Assembly (NCBI GenBank): GCA_963798775.1
Contig: CAWCUK010000004.1
Span: 471,451 to 535,450 of the forward strand
Reading direction: 5' to 3'
DNA from: an uncultured Bacteroidota bacterium
GTDB taxonomy: Bacteria; Bacteroidota; Ignavibacteria; Ignavibacteriales; Ignavibacteriaceae
DNA: 64,000 bases
Part shown: positions 20,389 to 31,070 of the stretch, piece by piece
How the letters are laid out: each line of letters opens with the position of its first letter
Position numbering within the stretch: the stretch's first letter is position 1
Position numbers and translations under genes: made by a program
Notes under the pieces: model-generated
The model's database searches: none
The model's input: only the letters and a program-made list of their open reading frames with translations
Told to the model about the DNA's origin: nothing

Positions 20389-20853
20389 TTATTGATTTCC
20401 GTGATTTTTATGATAGGGACATGTTTTCATATTTTTACAGCGGGCGAAGATATTAAATGAGTAATTCTCAACATCGAAACCTAAACCTTCGCTGATTTCT
20501 TCCGGAAGCTTTTTTACTTTTTGATTTATAAATTCAACAATTCTACCGCAGTCCATGCAGATTAAATGATCGTGATTTACTCTTTTAAAACCGTTTTCAT
20601 AGCGGGTTATGTTTTCCCCGAAGTTTCTCTTACTTATAAGATCACACTGAACCAATAATTCTAAAGTTTTATATACCGTAGCTCTGGAAACTCTCGATTT
20701 TTGATTCTTCATCAGAATATATAATTCGTCCGCGCCGAAATGCCCTTCGTATTCAAGCGCCGCGTCCATAACTTCAAATCTTTCGGGAGTTATTCTGTTT
20801 TTTTCACTTTTCAAATATTCTCTGAATATTTCCGCTGCTTTTTGATTTTTCAA
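20389..20853 (-). CDS. fur: Fur-family transcriptional repressor
   Basis: Winged-helix N-terminus (SRATVYKTLELL), metal site HDHLICMDCGRIVEF and a C-terminal Cys/His cluster. It lies directly downstream of feoB on the same strand. Confidence 0.8.
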   Translation of the reverse strand: MKNQKAAEIFREYLKSEKNRITPERFEVMDAALEYEGHFGADELYILMKNQKSRVSRATVYKTLELLVQCDLISKRNFGENITRYENGFKRVNHDHLICMDCGRIVEFINQKVKKLPEEISEGLGFDVENYSFNIFARCKNMKTCPYHKNHGNQ

Positions 20854-20890
20854 TTTTATTTATCTGTTTTTTGTGTTTATGTAAAAATAA

Positions 20891-20929
20891 AACCGGCTTT
20901 GTTTAATAGCAAGGAATATTAAGCCGGTT
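20891..20929 (-). terminator. Candidate hairpin between feoB and fur
   Basis: AACCGGCTT (20891-20899) pairs with AAGCCGGTT (20921-20929). On the minus strand a TTATTTTT run follows. The 21-nt loop is large for an intrinsic terminator, so this could instead be an attenuator or nothing. Confidence 0.35.
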
Positions 20930-20950
20930 AAATAATTATTAAAAGGGAAT

Positions 20951-22986
20951 TTAACTTATACCGATTGCCCTTAAGCCGTTTACGGTGATAAATGTTAAAA
21001 TATAAGCGACTGAGGTAAAAATGATTAATTGTAGGGCGGGAATTCTCCATCCGCCGGTTTCTTTGCGGGAAACAGCAAGTGTAGAAATACATTGCAAAGC
21101 AAACATAAAGAACACAATCAATCCAAGTATAGTTGAGGTTGTAAATAATTTTTGACCGGTATCGTCAATTTCCGCATGCCTCATTTTTGTAAGGATTGAA
21201 TTTTGTAAATTAGTGTCATCTCCGGTAACTTTAAATATTAATGCCAGAGAACTTACAAAAACTTCACGGGCGGCAAATGCTGAGATAAGCGCCACGCCTA
21301 CTCGCCAATCCATTCCTATCGGTGTCATTATCGGCTGTACAATTTTTCCCAGATCGGAAGCGTATGATGTTGAAAGTCTTTCCGCATTTACTGCCTGCAC
21401 AGCTTCTTCTTGTGTTAAATTAGTTGTATCTATTTGTGGATTCATATTTGGGAAATAGGTTAAAAACCAAAGTATTATCGAGAAAGTTAGAATGATTGGG
21501 CCGGCTTTTTTCATATATACTTTCGCGTTTTGTAATGTATTGTTTGCTACAACGGCAAACTGAGGTTTTCTATACGCAGGTAATTCCAGTATAAATGATG
21601 AATTATCTTCTTCTTTTATTAAACGATGCTTGAATTTATTTACTATTGCCGCGATTACTACTGAACTAACAATGCTTAGTATATAAATACATGCTAAAAT
21701 TATTCCTCCCATCCATGATTTATCACCGGGATAAAGAAATGCGATAAGTAAGGCATAAACGGGAAGTCTGGCGCTGCAGCTCATTAATGGAATGATAAAT
21801 ATGGTTAAAAATCGTTCTCTTTTATTTGGTATTGTACGACTAGCGAGCATTGCCGGAATAGCGCACGCGAAACCGGATAGCATCGGTACAAATGATTTGC
21901 CGTTCAATCCTATTTTTGATAGCGGTTTGTCTATTAACATCGCTCCGCGGGCTAAATAACCGGTATCTTCCAAAAGTCCCAGAATCAAAAACAAAATCAT
22001 AATTTGCGGAACAAATACCATTACTGAACCGGTACCGCTGATAATGCCGTTCGCGATCAAATCTCCCAACCAGTTATTTCCTAAAATACTTAATGATTCG
22101 GCCGATAAATATCCGAAAAGTGAATCAACTAAATTCATTACAGGTTCTGCCAGCCAGAAAATTGATGTAAAAGTAGCAGCCATTATTAGGAAGAAGAATA
22201 TTAATCCCCAGACACGATGCAGAAGTAATTTATCAATTTTTAGAGTGGTTTTATCTACCTGATAACATTCTTTTTTGGCCGTGGGATCAAGTAATATTTT
22301 TAGCTGTTTGTTTGCTTTAGAAAGATTAATCTTTTCTGAGGGTATTTCAGTTAATAACTTTATTTACTATTCTTCCTATCTTCTTATATGCTTCAACTAA
22401 TTCATTTTTTTCTAATGCTTTGAAAATGGTAGGATTCTTTTTCCCGGATATGCTGCTTTCGGTTAAATTTTTATTTACAACAGAAATAAGTTCATTAATC
22501 CCTTTTCCGGTTCTTCCGTCAATCGCTACCACATCGCAGCCTAATTCTTCGCCTAATTCTTTAACGGAAATGTTAAAACCCTTTTTCTTCAGCATATCAA
22601 CCATAGTTAGCGCTATTATAACTCTAAAACCGCTGCCTATAAGCTGTTTGGTTAGTAGCAGGTGCCTGGAAAGCTGGCTAGCGTCGGCTGTGGCTACTAC
22701 AAGATCGGGTGTACCGAATTTTGGATGGGAGTAAAGTGCGTTTACTGAAACTTCTTCATCGGGTGAATTCGGCATTAAACTTACAACTCCGGGGGAATCC
22801 AGTAGGTTTGCCGATATATTAAATTTTTCTAAAAATCTGCTTACTGAATACTCAACCGTAGCGCCGGGATAGTTTACTGTTTTATAATTCTTCCCGCTTA
22901 AATAATTAAAAAGCGTGGTTTTACCGGAATTGGGAGGGCCTACTAATGTAATTAGTGGTAGTCGTTTCTACTGTGGAAGTACTCAT
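20951..22986 (-). pseudogene. feoB: Ferrous iron transporter FeoB; reading frame broken twice
   Basis: The ATG at 22986 lies 1 nt after the feoA stop codon (TGAtATG) and gives MSTSTVETTT. The G-domain (LITLVGPPNSGKTTLFNYLSG...DSPGV...) is in another frame with no usable start. After ...IVNKVIN* a third frame continues TEIPSEKINL...DKLLLHRVWGLIFFFLIMAATF into the membrane domain (ORF 20951..22183). Confidence 0.85.
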
Positions 22987-22987
22987 A

Positions 22988-23209
22988 TCATATTACTTTT
23001 ATGCAATCAGCTTCATTTTTTCGTATGGCTATTAAGGTTCCCCTAACACTGAAGGCTAACGGATCGTTAAAGGCGGATTTATTTATTAATTCTATCGCTT
23101 CGCCCGGTGTAAATCCAATTTCTAATATTCTTCTGCTCGAAGGATGTTCACCGTCTATATCATCTATTATCCCAATTTCACCATATTGTAATTCAGAAGC
23201 GGTTTTCAT
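22988..23209 (-). CDS. feoA: FeoA-family protein
   Basis: 73-aa SH3-like FeoA pattern (GEIGIIDDI...RRILEIGFTPGEAIELI...GTLIAIRKNEA). Its stop is adjacent to the feoB start. Confidence 0.85.
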   Translation of the reverse strand: MKTASELQYGEIGIIDDIDGEHPSSRRILEIGFTPGEAIELINKSAFNDPLAFSVRGTLIAIRKNEADCIKVI

Positions 23210-23505
23210 TTTCTATTTTCCTATAAGTATATCTTTTAAATATTATTCAGATTTAATCTACATAAAAATAAGTTTGCCCGCGACTAATGTCAAGATATTT
23301 TTGAAGGAAATTTTTTATTTTCTTTTCCAATTAATTGCTGTGAATTTTCATCGGGAATATTTAATTTGTAAATAGTAAAGGGAAATGGTATTTAAATTAA
23401 ATGAGGGCAATTTAGTTTCTTTTAAAGTACCAAATTTTTTTGGGCTGTTTCCGCGTTATAACAATAATTCCCAATTTATTTCTTGCCCTCGCTAATGGTT
23501 TTAAT

Positions 23506-25527
23506 ATGACTCAAATTAATCTATCTCAATTCGATAAAGCTGTTATTGCGTCTATGGAAAGCGGCAGTTTAATTAAAAGCCAATCTATAAGTGTTATCTA
23601 TAGTTTAAATATCACTGATGGTAAATATGATTTTATCAGCTCCGGAATTTATGCGCTTACAGGTTATACCGCTTCGGAAATAAATGAAATCGGTTTTGAT
23701 ATAATTGTAAAAAAAATAATCGAGAAAAATATTTCCGGGAGCGAGGTTATTGAAAGGAAAACAATTACTTCTGAATATTTCGCCAAGTATTTAATCGAAA
23801 CCAAATCCGGAGAATTTAAATGGGTTGAGGATAATTCTTTCGTTATCCAAATAGAAAACGGTTCTACCGCTGTTAAAAGTATGGGAATTCTTCGGGATGT
23901 TTCTCATATACATAAAGCCCTGGATTCTCTTTATAAAGAAAGCAGCCTGCAAAAAAGATATTTGGATTTGGCCGAAATGATTTTACTTGTGCTGAATTCC
24001 GGTCAAAAAATTGCTTCTATAAATAAACACGGATGTAAAATATTGGGGTACTCTGAGGAAGAATTGATCGGCAAAAATTGGATTGATCTTTTTATACCTT
24101 CTGAACAAAGAGAAGAGGTTAAGAATATTTTTAATCTGTTTTTACGAAATAAAAATTATAAAGATTATGAATATTATGAGAATCCCATTATTACAAAAAA
24201 CGGTGAAAAAAGAATAATCGGCTGGCATAATACTTTTATAAATAATGAAGATACCGGTGAAATATTTTTTGTAAGCTCCGGAATTGATATAACCGATAAA
24301 AAAAATGAAGAAAAAATTCAGCACGTAATCTCAGAAATTTTGCAGGCGGCTAATATTGAAGGTGATTTAAATGAGTTTTTTGTTTTTATTCATTCTTCTT
24401 TGCGGAAATTAATGCCGGTTAAAAATTTCTATATTTCTCTTCAAAATAAAGAAGATAATTCTGTTTCTTTCCCTTATTTCGTTGACCAGCTGGACCCCGT
24501 AGCGCCGGTAAAAAAGAACGGCAGGGGATTAACTGATTATGTTCTTCGAAAAGGTACGGCGGTTTTAGTTAATAGGAAAGAAATTAGGCAATTAGTGGAA
24601 AAGGGTGAAATTGAACTGCTTGGTACGCTCTCTGCCGTGTGGCTGGGAATACCTTTGAAAATTCAAGATAATACTATTGGTGTGTTGGTTGTACAGGATT
24701 ATTCCAGCGAATTAACTTACGGGTATAAAGAAAAAGAAATTCTTGAGGTAATTTCTTACGCCATTTCCAGGGCTATTGAAAGAAAAAAAGTGGACCAGGA
24801 AAGGGGAAAATTAATTGATGAGTTGAAACAATTAAATACTTCTAAGGATAAATTATTTTCTTTAATTTCTCACGATTTAAGAAGCCCTTTTAATTCGCTT
24901 CTCGGTTTTTCCGAAATACTAACTACCGAATATGATTTACTTACCGATGTGGAAATTAAAGAATATTTAAATGTAATTTATGAGTCTTCAAAAAATCTTT
25001 ACAGCATGACTAACAACCTGCTGCAGTTTTCCCGGTTTCAAATGGGCAGAACGGAATTTAAGCCTGAAAAATTATATATAAAGAAGATTATTCTGGAGAA
25101 TGTAAGTCTGCTTAAAGGTAATATTGTTAAAAAACAATTGAATCTTTCGGTTAATATAGATGCCGAAGCTGAAATTTTCGCGGATGAAGAAATGATAAAT
25201 TCCATTGTTCAAAATTTAATTTCCAACGCTATTAAATTTACTCACCGCAACGGGGAAATAAAAATATTTACAAGGTTTAAAAAGAATGATACTAAAAGAA
25301 TTGAAATAGAAATTGAAGATACCGGTATAGGAATTGGGGAAGCGGATTTAAATAAAATATTTCATGATACTATGCACTCTACACCGGGTACCGAACGTGA
25401 ATACGGAAGCGGTTTAGGTCTAATGCTGGTTAAGGATTTTATAGAAACTAACGGGGGAGAGATTTCCGTAACAAGTGAATTAAATAAAGGCACTTCATTT
25501 ACTATATCTTTTCCGGTTTATGAATAA
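23506..25527 (+). CDS. Sensor histidine kinase (PAS-PAS-GAF-HisKA-HATPase_c)
   Basis: H-box FSLISHDLRSPFNSLLGFSE, N-box QNLISNAIKFT, G-boxes EDTGIGI and GSGLGL. PAS and GAF-like regions lie upstream. The start is placed at the ATG at 23506; the ORF-track start at 23440 uses TTG. Confidence 0.85.
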   Translation: MTQINLSQFDKAVIASMESGSLIKSQSISVIYSLNITDGKYDFISSGIYALTGYTASEINEIGFDIIVKKIIEKNISGSEVIERKTITSEYFAKYLIETKSGEFKWVEDNSFVIQIENGSTAVKSMGILRDVSHIHKALDSLYKESSLQKRYLDLAEMILLVLNSGQKIASINKHGCKILGYSEEELIGKNWIDLFIPSEQREEVKNIFNLFLRNKNYKDYEYYENPIITKNGEKRIIGWHNTFINNEDTGEIFFVSSGIDITDKKNEEKIQHVISEILQAANIEGDLNEFFVFIHSSLRKLMPVKNFYISLQNKEDNSVSFPYFVDQLDPVAPVKKNGRGLTDYVLRKGTAVLVNRKEIRQLVEKGEIELLGTLSAVWLGIPLKIQDNTIGVLVVQDYSSELTYGYKEKEILEVISYAISRAIERKKVDQERGKLIDELKQLNTSKDKLFSLISHDLRSPFNSLLGFSEILTTEYDLLTDVEIKEYLNVIYESSKNLYSMTNNLLQFSRFQMGRTEFKPEKLYIKKIILENVSLLKGNIVKKQLNLSVNIDAEAEIFADEEMINSIVQNLISNAIKFTHRNGEIKIFTRFKKNDTKRIEIEIEDTGIGIGEADLNKIFHDTMHSTPGTEREYGSGLGLMLVKDFIETNGGEISVTSELNKGTSFTISFPVYE

Positions 25528-25623
25528 TGTTTATGAGGAGAATAACATTTTAGATGACCAATAATTGCTAATTTGTAATTTTATTCTTATACCAAAAATA
25601 TTTTTTTTTGATGAACAGAATAT

Positions 25624-27606
25624 ATGCGCAATATGTATAAAGCTAAAATTCTTTTAGTTGAAGACGAAAGTTTAATCGCCCTGGGATTAAAAAGAGCTCT
25701 GCAAGCAGCGGGTTTTATGGTTCCGGGTGTGCTTAGAAGAGGGGAAGACGCGATTACAGCGGCTTTGGAAATTGAGCCGGATTTAATTTTGATGGATATT
25801 ATGTTGAGCGGCCAAATTACCGGAATTGAAGCCGCTGTTGAAATTAAAAAATCACTTAACGTCCCGATTATTTATTTAACCTCCTACGCCGATGAAGATA
25901 CACGCCGAAAAGCTAAAGTAACTGAACCCTATGGATATATAATTAAACCTTATGAGGAAGAAAATCTTTTTGTTACTATCGAAATGGCACTCTATAAACA
26001 TAAGATGGAGATGAACCTTCAACAGAGCGAACAGAGGTACCGAACCTTAGTAGAACATTCGCCTGTTGCTATAGTTTTACATAGTGATGGCAAAATTGTT
26101 TTTGCGAATCCCGCCGCCGCCGCTTTAGCCGCGGTTGCTTCTCAAGATGAATTAATCGGTGTAGATATTATTAAGTTTGTTCATCCTTCGTACGTGGATG
26201 AGGTTTTAGGCAGAATAAAAAAAATTTACGCCGGTTCTGAAGAAATTGAGACTTTTAAACAGCAGCTTATTATTAATAACGGCAAAATTATTGACGTTGA
26301 AACTTCTTCAATTGCTACTGTTTATAAAGGGAAACCGGCCGCGCAAGCAATTTTAAGAGATATAACCGAAGAAACAAGCAAAAATAAACTCCAACAAACT
26401 ATTCTAAAGATTTCTCAAGCCGCGGATTCTACGGACTCTTTAGATGAATTATTCGTATATGTTCATCAAACTTTAGAGGAATATATTCCGGTTAAACATT
26501 TTTTTATCGCTCTTTATGATGATGTAAAAAATTCAATTAATTTCCCCTATTATTCGGATGAACACGAAAATAATCCCTCCGATCGTCCTTTTTCTAAAGG
26601 ACTTACTGAATATGTTATTCGCAATAAAAAATCATTTTTGTATACTTGGGAAGAAATTGAAAAACTAATTAGCGATAAAGAAGTTGTCGCTTTTCAGCCG
26701 AGAGTGAAAAAATGGCTTGGAGTTCCGCTGCAGGTTAAAGATAAAATTTTGGGTGCTTTAATTGTTAAAGAATATGAAAATGAAGAGATTCTTGAAGAGG
26801 AACATCGAAATATTTTAGAATTACTCTCTTTTCCTATTTCTCATGCTTTAGAACGAAAAGTTACTGAAGAACAACGCAGGTTATATACGGTGAAATTAAA
26901 AGAAATGAACGAAGCTAAGGATAAATATTTTTCGGTTGTTTCACATGATTTGAAAAGTCCTTTCCATGCGATTATGGGTTTTGCCGAAATTCTTCAAAAT
27001 GATTACGGCGCTTTATCCGAACAAGAAAGAGTCTATTGCGTTTCGGCTTTGAATGATTCTATTAAGCATATTAGTGTTATGCTGGATAATCTTCTTCAAT
27101 TCTCAAAGTTTCAGTTGGGAAAGGTTGATTTCGATCCTCAAAAAATTTCTTTGTTAAAAATAATTCAGAATAATGTTGATCTTTTAAAAGGGAACGCGGT
27201 TAAAAAACAAATAAATATTTTACAACTGTTTAATGAAAATCTGGAGGTTTGGGCGGACGAAAATATGATAAATTCCGTAATACAAAATCTTCTTTCCAAT
27301 GCCATAAAATTTACTAGTCCGAATGGAAATATTATTATTGAAGGAAATAGAAAAGATGGTTTTGCGGAAATATCATTTAAAGATAACGGTGTGGGCATAG
27401 ATGAAAAAAAACTTCTGGAAATGTTTCAGTATAAAATCGGAAAATCTTCTCTTGGTACTGCCGACGAAAAGGGGACAGGATTAGGATTAATTTTAACTAA
27501 AGAATTCATCGAAAAAAACGGCGGCGAATTATCTTTTTACAGCCGGAAGGGGCAAGGCTCTTGTTTTTCTTTTAAACTTCCCTTAGCCGAAGAAAATAAA
27601 AATTAA
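25624..27606 (+). CDS. Hybrid receiver-PAS-GAF-histidine kinase
   Basis: N-terminal REC domain (ILLVEDESLIA...DLILMDIML...YIIKP), then PAS and a GAF region homologous to the upstream kinase. H-box FSVVSHDLKSPFHAIMGFAE, N-box QNLLSNAIKFT, G2 GTGLGL. Confidence 0.85.
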   Translation: MRNMYKAKILLVEDESLIALGLKRALQAAGFMVPGVLRRGEDAITAALEIEPDLILMDIMLSGQITGIEAAVEIKKSLNVPIIYLTSYADEDTRRKAKVTEPYGYIIKPYEEENLFVTIEMALYKHKMEMNLQQSEQRYRTLVEHSPVAIVLHSDGKIVFANPAAAALAAVASQDELIGVDIIKFVHPSYVDEVLGRIKKIYAGSEEIETFKQQLIINNGKIIDVETSSIATVYKGKPAAQAILRDITEETSKNKLQQTILKISQAADSTDSLDELFVYVHQTLEEYIPVKHFFIALYDDVKNSINFPYYSDEHENNPSDRPFSKGLTEYVIRNKKSFLYTWEEIEKLISDKEVVAFQPRVKKWLGVPLQVKDKILGALIVKEYENEEILEEEHRNILELLSFPISHALERKVTEEQRRLYTVKLKEMNEAKDKYFSVVSHDLKSPFHAIMGFAEILQNDYGALSEQERVYCVSALNDSIKHISVMLDNLLQFSKFQLGKVDFDPQKISLLKIIQNNVDLLKGNAVKKQINILQLFNENLEVWADENMINSVIQNLLSNAIKFTSPNGNIIIEGNRKDGFAEISFKDNGVGIDEKKLLEMFQYKIGKSSLGTADEKGTGLGLILTKEFIEKNGGELSFYSRKGQGSCFSFKLPLAEENKN

Positions 27607-27694
27607 ACCGGATAACTTCTTAAATTTTATTTATTCGTTATTTTTTTTATTTTGCCGTGATTAATTAACACAACATTTATAGCATTGGCTCATT

Positions 27695-30307
27695 TTGAAG
27701 TTAACTCTGCGGCGTAGAATTTTCTACGGTTTTTCTTTCGGAATATTACTCCTTATTCTTATAATGGTTTTGGCCATAAAAAGTCTATCCGTCCTTATTA
27801 ATGATGGTGTTGAGGAAGTTGACAGCAGAATTATAAATACCCGGCTCGATGATATTCTCCTTCATCAAAATGAAGCTTATAAAGAACTCCATGAATTTCA
27901 AGAAACCCGGCATTTTGAGGATTTAATTGAATATAAATCTTCAATTCTTAGTATGAGGATTGCTTTACGAAAATTAAGCGAGTCCATAAATAAAGATGAT
28001 ATTAAGCTTCCCGGTATAGAAAATTTACAAGAAGTATTAAACCATCACATCGAGAATCTTGAAAATCAGTCTAAAATTCAGAATGATTCTTCAGCTGTTT
28101 CACCCGGTTTTATATTAAATAACGCGGCCCAAGTTGATGAATTGGGCTCATTATTGATGAAAATTAAATCCCTCCAAAACAAAGAATTAAACAGTAAAAA
28201 TGTAAATACTTATAAAAGCGCCAGAGTTACAGAGTATATTCTTAGCGTCGGCGGTATTTTATCTATTTTGCTTATTATTTTTGCTGTTTATTTAATCAAT
28301 AAAGATATTGCCAAAAGAAATCGGCTGGAAAAAGATTTATTTAGCGAGAAAGAAAAATTTTCCAAAGTATTTTTTTACAGCCCTATTTCGGTTGTTATTA
28401 TATCTCCTGATGATTACAAATTTATCGAAGTGAATGATACTTTTCTTCGCAAAACTGGGTACACAAGGGAGGAAGTATTAGGTGAAAGTATAGTTGATCT
28501 CGGTATTTTGAATAGTAATGGATTACAGAAGATAATTGATAATTTAAATAATGAAGTTAAAATTTCTAATTTAGAACTTAACTATAATGGAAAAAGAAAA
28601 AAGCAAAGCACTGCATTAATTTCGGTGGATTATGTAAATATTGATGGAAATAAAAATATTCTGGCTATAGCCTCGGATATTACCGAGAAGAAGGAAATTG
28701 AAAGAGCGCGTAATGAGAGCGAAGAAAAGTACCGTCTGCTTGCGCAAAATAGCCGTGAGTTAGTCTGCTTGCATGATTCGGACGCTAAATATTTATATAT
28801 AAGCCAATCTGCTAAGCAAATAATAGGTTATACTCCGGATGAACTTTTAGGCAAAAATCCTTTTGATTATTTTCATCCTGATGATATTAACAGAATAGAT
28901 AACCATTTTAAAAATTTATCCGCTCAAAGAAATTTACCGTTGCCTATTGTTTTTCGATTCAGAAATAGGAACGGAAATTACATTTGGCTGGAAACTTTAA
29001 CTCAAACTATTTGTGATGCTGAAGGGAAAATTCTAAATATTCAAACATCATCCAGAGATGTTACTTTACGCGTAATTACTCAGCAAAAATTAACAGAAAG
29101 TGAAGAGCAAAATAGAAAACTAATTGAGGTTTTAGAAGAAGGTATTCTATTTCAAGATGAAAACAATATCATTCGTGTAGCAAATTCAAGCGCGTGCAGA
29201 ATTTTAGGCTTATCCGAAGATCAGCTTTTAGGAAAATCTGCTTACGATGAGGATTGGAAAATTATTCATGAGGACGGCACTCTTTTTAAAAACGAAGAAC
29301 AGCCTTCTATAATTACTTTAAGTACGGGAATTCCTTCATCGCAAATAATAATGGGAATTTATAAATCCGATAAAACTTTAAGCTGGCTTTCCTTAAATGC
29401 TCATCCTATTTTTGCCGAAGGAAAGACTAAACCGGCGGGGGTTGTGGTTTCTTTTTCTGATGTAACAAAACGAAAAAAAATTGAGGATGAATTAAATAAT
29501 TATATTGGCGAATTAAAACGGAATAAAGAGCTTTTAGAGAAAAATTCTCGTGAGATTTTAGAAACTAATAAAAAGTTAAAGAAATCGGAACAACAACTGC
29601 TCCGTTTAAATGCCGATAAGGATAAGTTTTTTTCAATTATTTCCCACGACCTAAGAAGCCCTTTTGACGCGTTAATCGGTTTATCATCAATAATTTTAGA
29701 TGATTATGATGAACTTTCGGATGAAGAAATAAAAAGGTATGCCGGAAATATTAACGACGCGTCTAAACATCTGTTGGAATTCGTTGATAAACTTCTGCAA
29801 TGGTCGCGGATTCAGTCCGGACGAATTGAATATAATCCCAGCTTCTTTGATGTGTCTGATAAAATTTCCCGGATAAAGGATTTATTAAAAATGAACGCCG
29901 CCGGGAAAAATATTCTTTTAGATTATAATAATTCTTCTACGCTGAAAGTTTACGCCGATCCCGATATGATTAGAACAGCTCTGCAGAATTTAGTTTCAAA
30001 CGCCATTAAATTTACTCCAAAAGGCGGTAAAATTATTTTGTCTTCTGAGGAAGAAGATGGTTTTGTTAAGCTTTCCGTTAAGGATAATGGTGTGGGCATG
30101 AACGAGGAAAAAGTTGGTAATTTATTCAAAATAGAAAAAAATATTTCTACTCCCGGAACTATCGGAGAAAAAGGAACAGGATTAGGACTTATTCTCTGTA
30201 AGGAATTAATTGAAAAAAACGGTGGGGCAATATATGTTGAAAGCTCGCCCGGCGTGGGAACTACTTTTTCATTTACTATTCCTAAAGACAAATATAAATT
30301 TTCTTAA
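27695..30307 (+). CDS. Membrane-anchored multi-PAS sensor histidine kinase
   Basis: TTG start. Two TM segments flank a ~160-aa extracytoplasmic/coiled region, followed by three PAS-like repeats. H-box FSIISHDLRSPFDALIGLSS, N-box QNLVSNAIKFT, G2 GTGLGL. Confidence 0.85.
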   Translation: MKLTLRRRIFYGFSFGILLLILIMVLAIKSLSVLINDGVEEVDSRIINTRLDDILLHQNEAYKELHEFQETRHFEDLIEYKSSILSMRIALRKLSESINKDDIKLPGIENLQEVLNHHIENLENQSKIQNDSSAVSPGFILNNAAQVDELGSLLMKIKSLQNKELNSKNVNTYKSARVTEYILSVGGILSILLIIFAVYLINKDIAKRNRLEKDLFSEKEKFSKVFFYSPISVVIISPDDYKFIEVNDTFLRKTGYTREEVLGESIVDLGILNSNGLQKIIDNLNNEVKISNLELNYNGKRKKQSTALISVDYVNIDGNKNILAIASDITEKKEIERARNESEEKYRLLAQNSRELVCLHDSDAKYLYISQSAKQIIGYTPDELLGKNPFDYFHPDDINRIDNHFKNLSAQRNLPLPIVFRFRNRNGNYIWLETLTQTICDAEGKILNIQTSSRDVTLRVITQQKLTESEEQNRKLIEVLEEGILFQDENNIIRVANSSACRILGLSEDQLLGKSAYDEDWKIIHEDGTLFKNEEQPSIITLSTGIPSSQIIMGIYKSDKTLSWLSLNAHPIFAEGKTKPAGVVVSFSDVTKRKKIEDELNNYIGELKRNKELLEKNSREILETNKKLKKSEQQLLRLNADKDKFFSIISHDLRSPFDALIGLSSIILDDYDELSDEEIKRYAGNINDASKHLLEFVDKLLQWSRIQSGRIEYNPSFFDVSDKISRIKDLLKMNAAGKNILLDYNNSSTLKVYADPDMIRTALQNLVSNAIKFTPKGGKIILSSEEEDGFVKLSVKDNGVGMNEEKVGNLFKIEKNISTPGTIGEKGTGLGLILCKELIEKNGGAIYVESSPGVGTTFSFTIPKDKYKFS

Positions 30308-30441
30308 ATGTAGTTAATTAATAAATTAAGGCTCAAGCTTTTTAAATTCTAACCGATAATAATATTAAGTGTTTTTTTGTCCAAAAATTGGGGTGAAAAA
30401 TATGCGATTACAATTAATTTCAGCAATAAGCGGGAGGACAA

Positions 30442-30843
30442 ATGTCTGCTGAAAATTTAAAACCTCAGCTTTTAGTAGTTGAAGATGATTATGAGAATCA
30501 GAAACTTCTGGAAATTTTTCTAAGAAAACGATTTGATATCTCTATTTGCGATTCCGAAAAATCTTTTTACGAAAAATTAAATTACCGGGATTTCGATATC
30601 TTTTTAATGGATATTTCTCTTAAAGGTGAAAAAAATGGTTTGGAATTAATAAGAGAATTAAGGCAGACAGAAAAATATAAAGACGCGCCTGTTGTTTGCA
30701 TCTCAGCCCATGTTTTCCCAAAAGATAGAGATAACGCTTTTAATTCCGGTGCTGATGAATTTCTTACCCGCCCGGTAAATAATGGCGAACTGCTCTCTTC
30801 GTTGTTAAACGTGTATAAAAGAAAAACCGGGATAGAAATTTAA
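30442..30843 (+). CDS. Stand-alone response regulator receiver (CheY-like)
   Basis: 133 aa with LLVVEDD, the phospho-acceptor context DIFLMDISL, and a conserved S/T and K (CISAH...FLTRP). No output domain. Confidence 0.85.
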   Translation: MSAENLKPQLLVVEDDYENQKLLEIFLRKRFDISICDSEKSFYEKLNYRDFDIFLMDISLKGEKNGLELIRELRQTEKYKDAPVVCISAHVFPKDRDNAFNSGADEFLTRPVNNGELLSSLLNVYKRKTGIEI

Positions 30844-30955
30844 AATAAAAAAGAATATTTATTATTTATTCGCAAAATAAGAATATCCTTTTAAAGAAAA
30901 TCTTATTTATCTTTTTGTTTTTTACGGTAACTATTTTGTTATAAAAAGAAATTTA

Positions 30956-31070
30956 AGGATCAAATCCTCCTACTCGGAAGGGAGTAAATCCTTTTTAAAA
31001 TATTTTTCGGCATTTGCCCGGTCTTTTTCTGATAATACCGAACCTAGTTCTCCCGCAATTAGAAAACATT
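30956..31070 (-). pseudogene. Decayed fragment paralogous to the small gene at 32128..32334
   Basis: About 105 bp aligns at roughly 85-90% by eye with 32194..32300 in the same orientation. Translation gives ...RKRPGKCRKIF*KGFTPFRVGGFDP versus the intact ...RKKTGQMPKDILKGFTPFRVRGFDP, with an indel/stop. Confidence 0.6.

Noticed and set aside
22184-22346. Apparent gap between two feoB-region ORFs
   Set aside because: The C-terminal frame stays open through this gap and encodes the FeoB linker (TEIPSEKINL...DKLLLHRVWGL). It is coding sequence of a frameshifted gene.
23210-23505. Fur box in the feoA / kinase divergent promoter region
   Set aside because: I found only AT-rich partial matches (e.g. 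AAATATTATTCAGATTTAAT). There was no convincing 19-bp GATAATGATAATCATTATC-like palindrome, so no site is reported.
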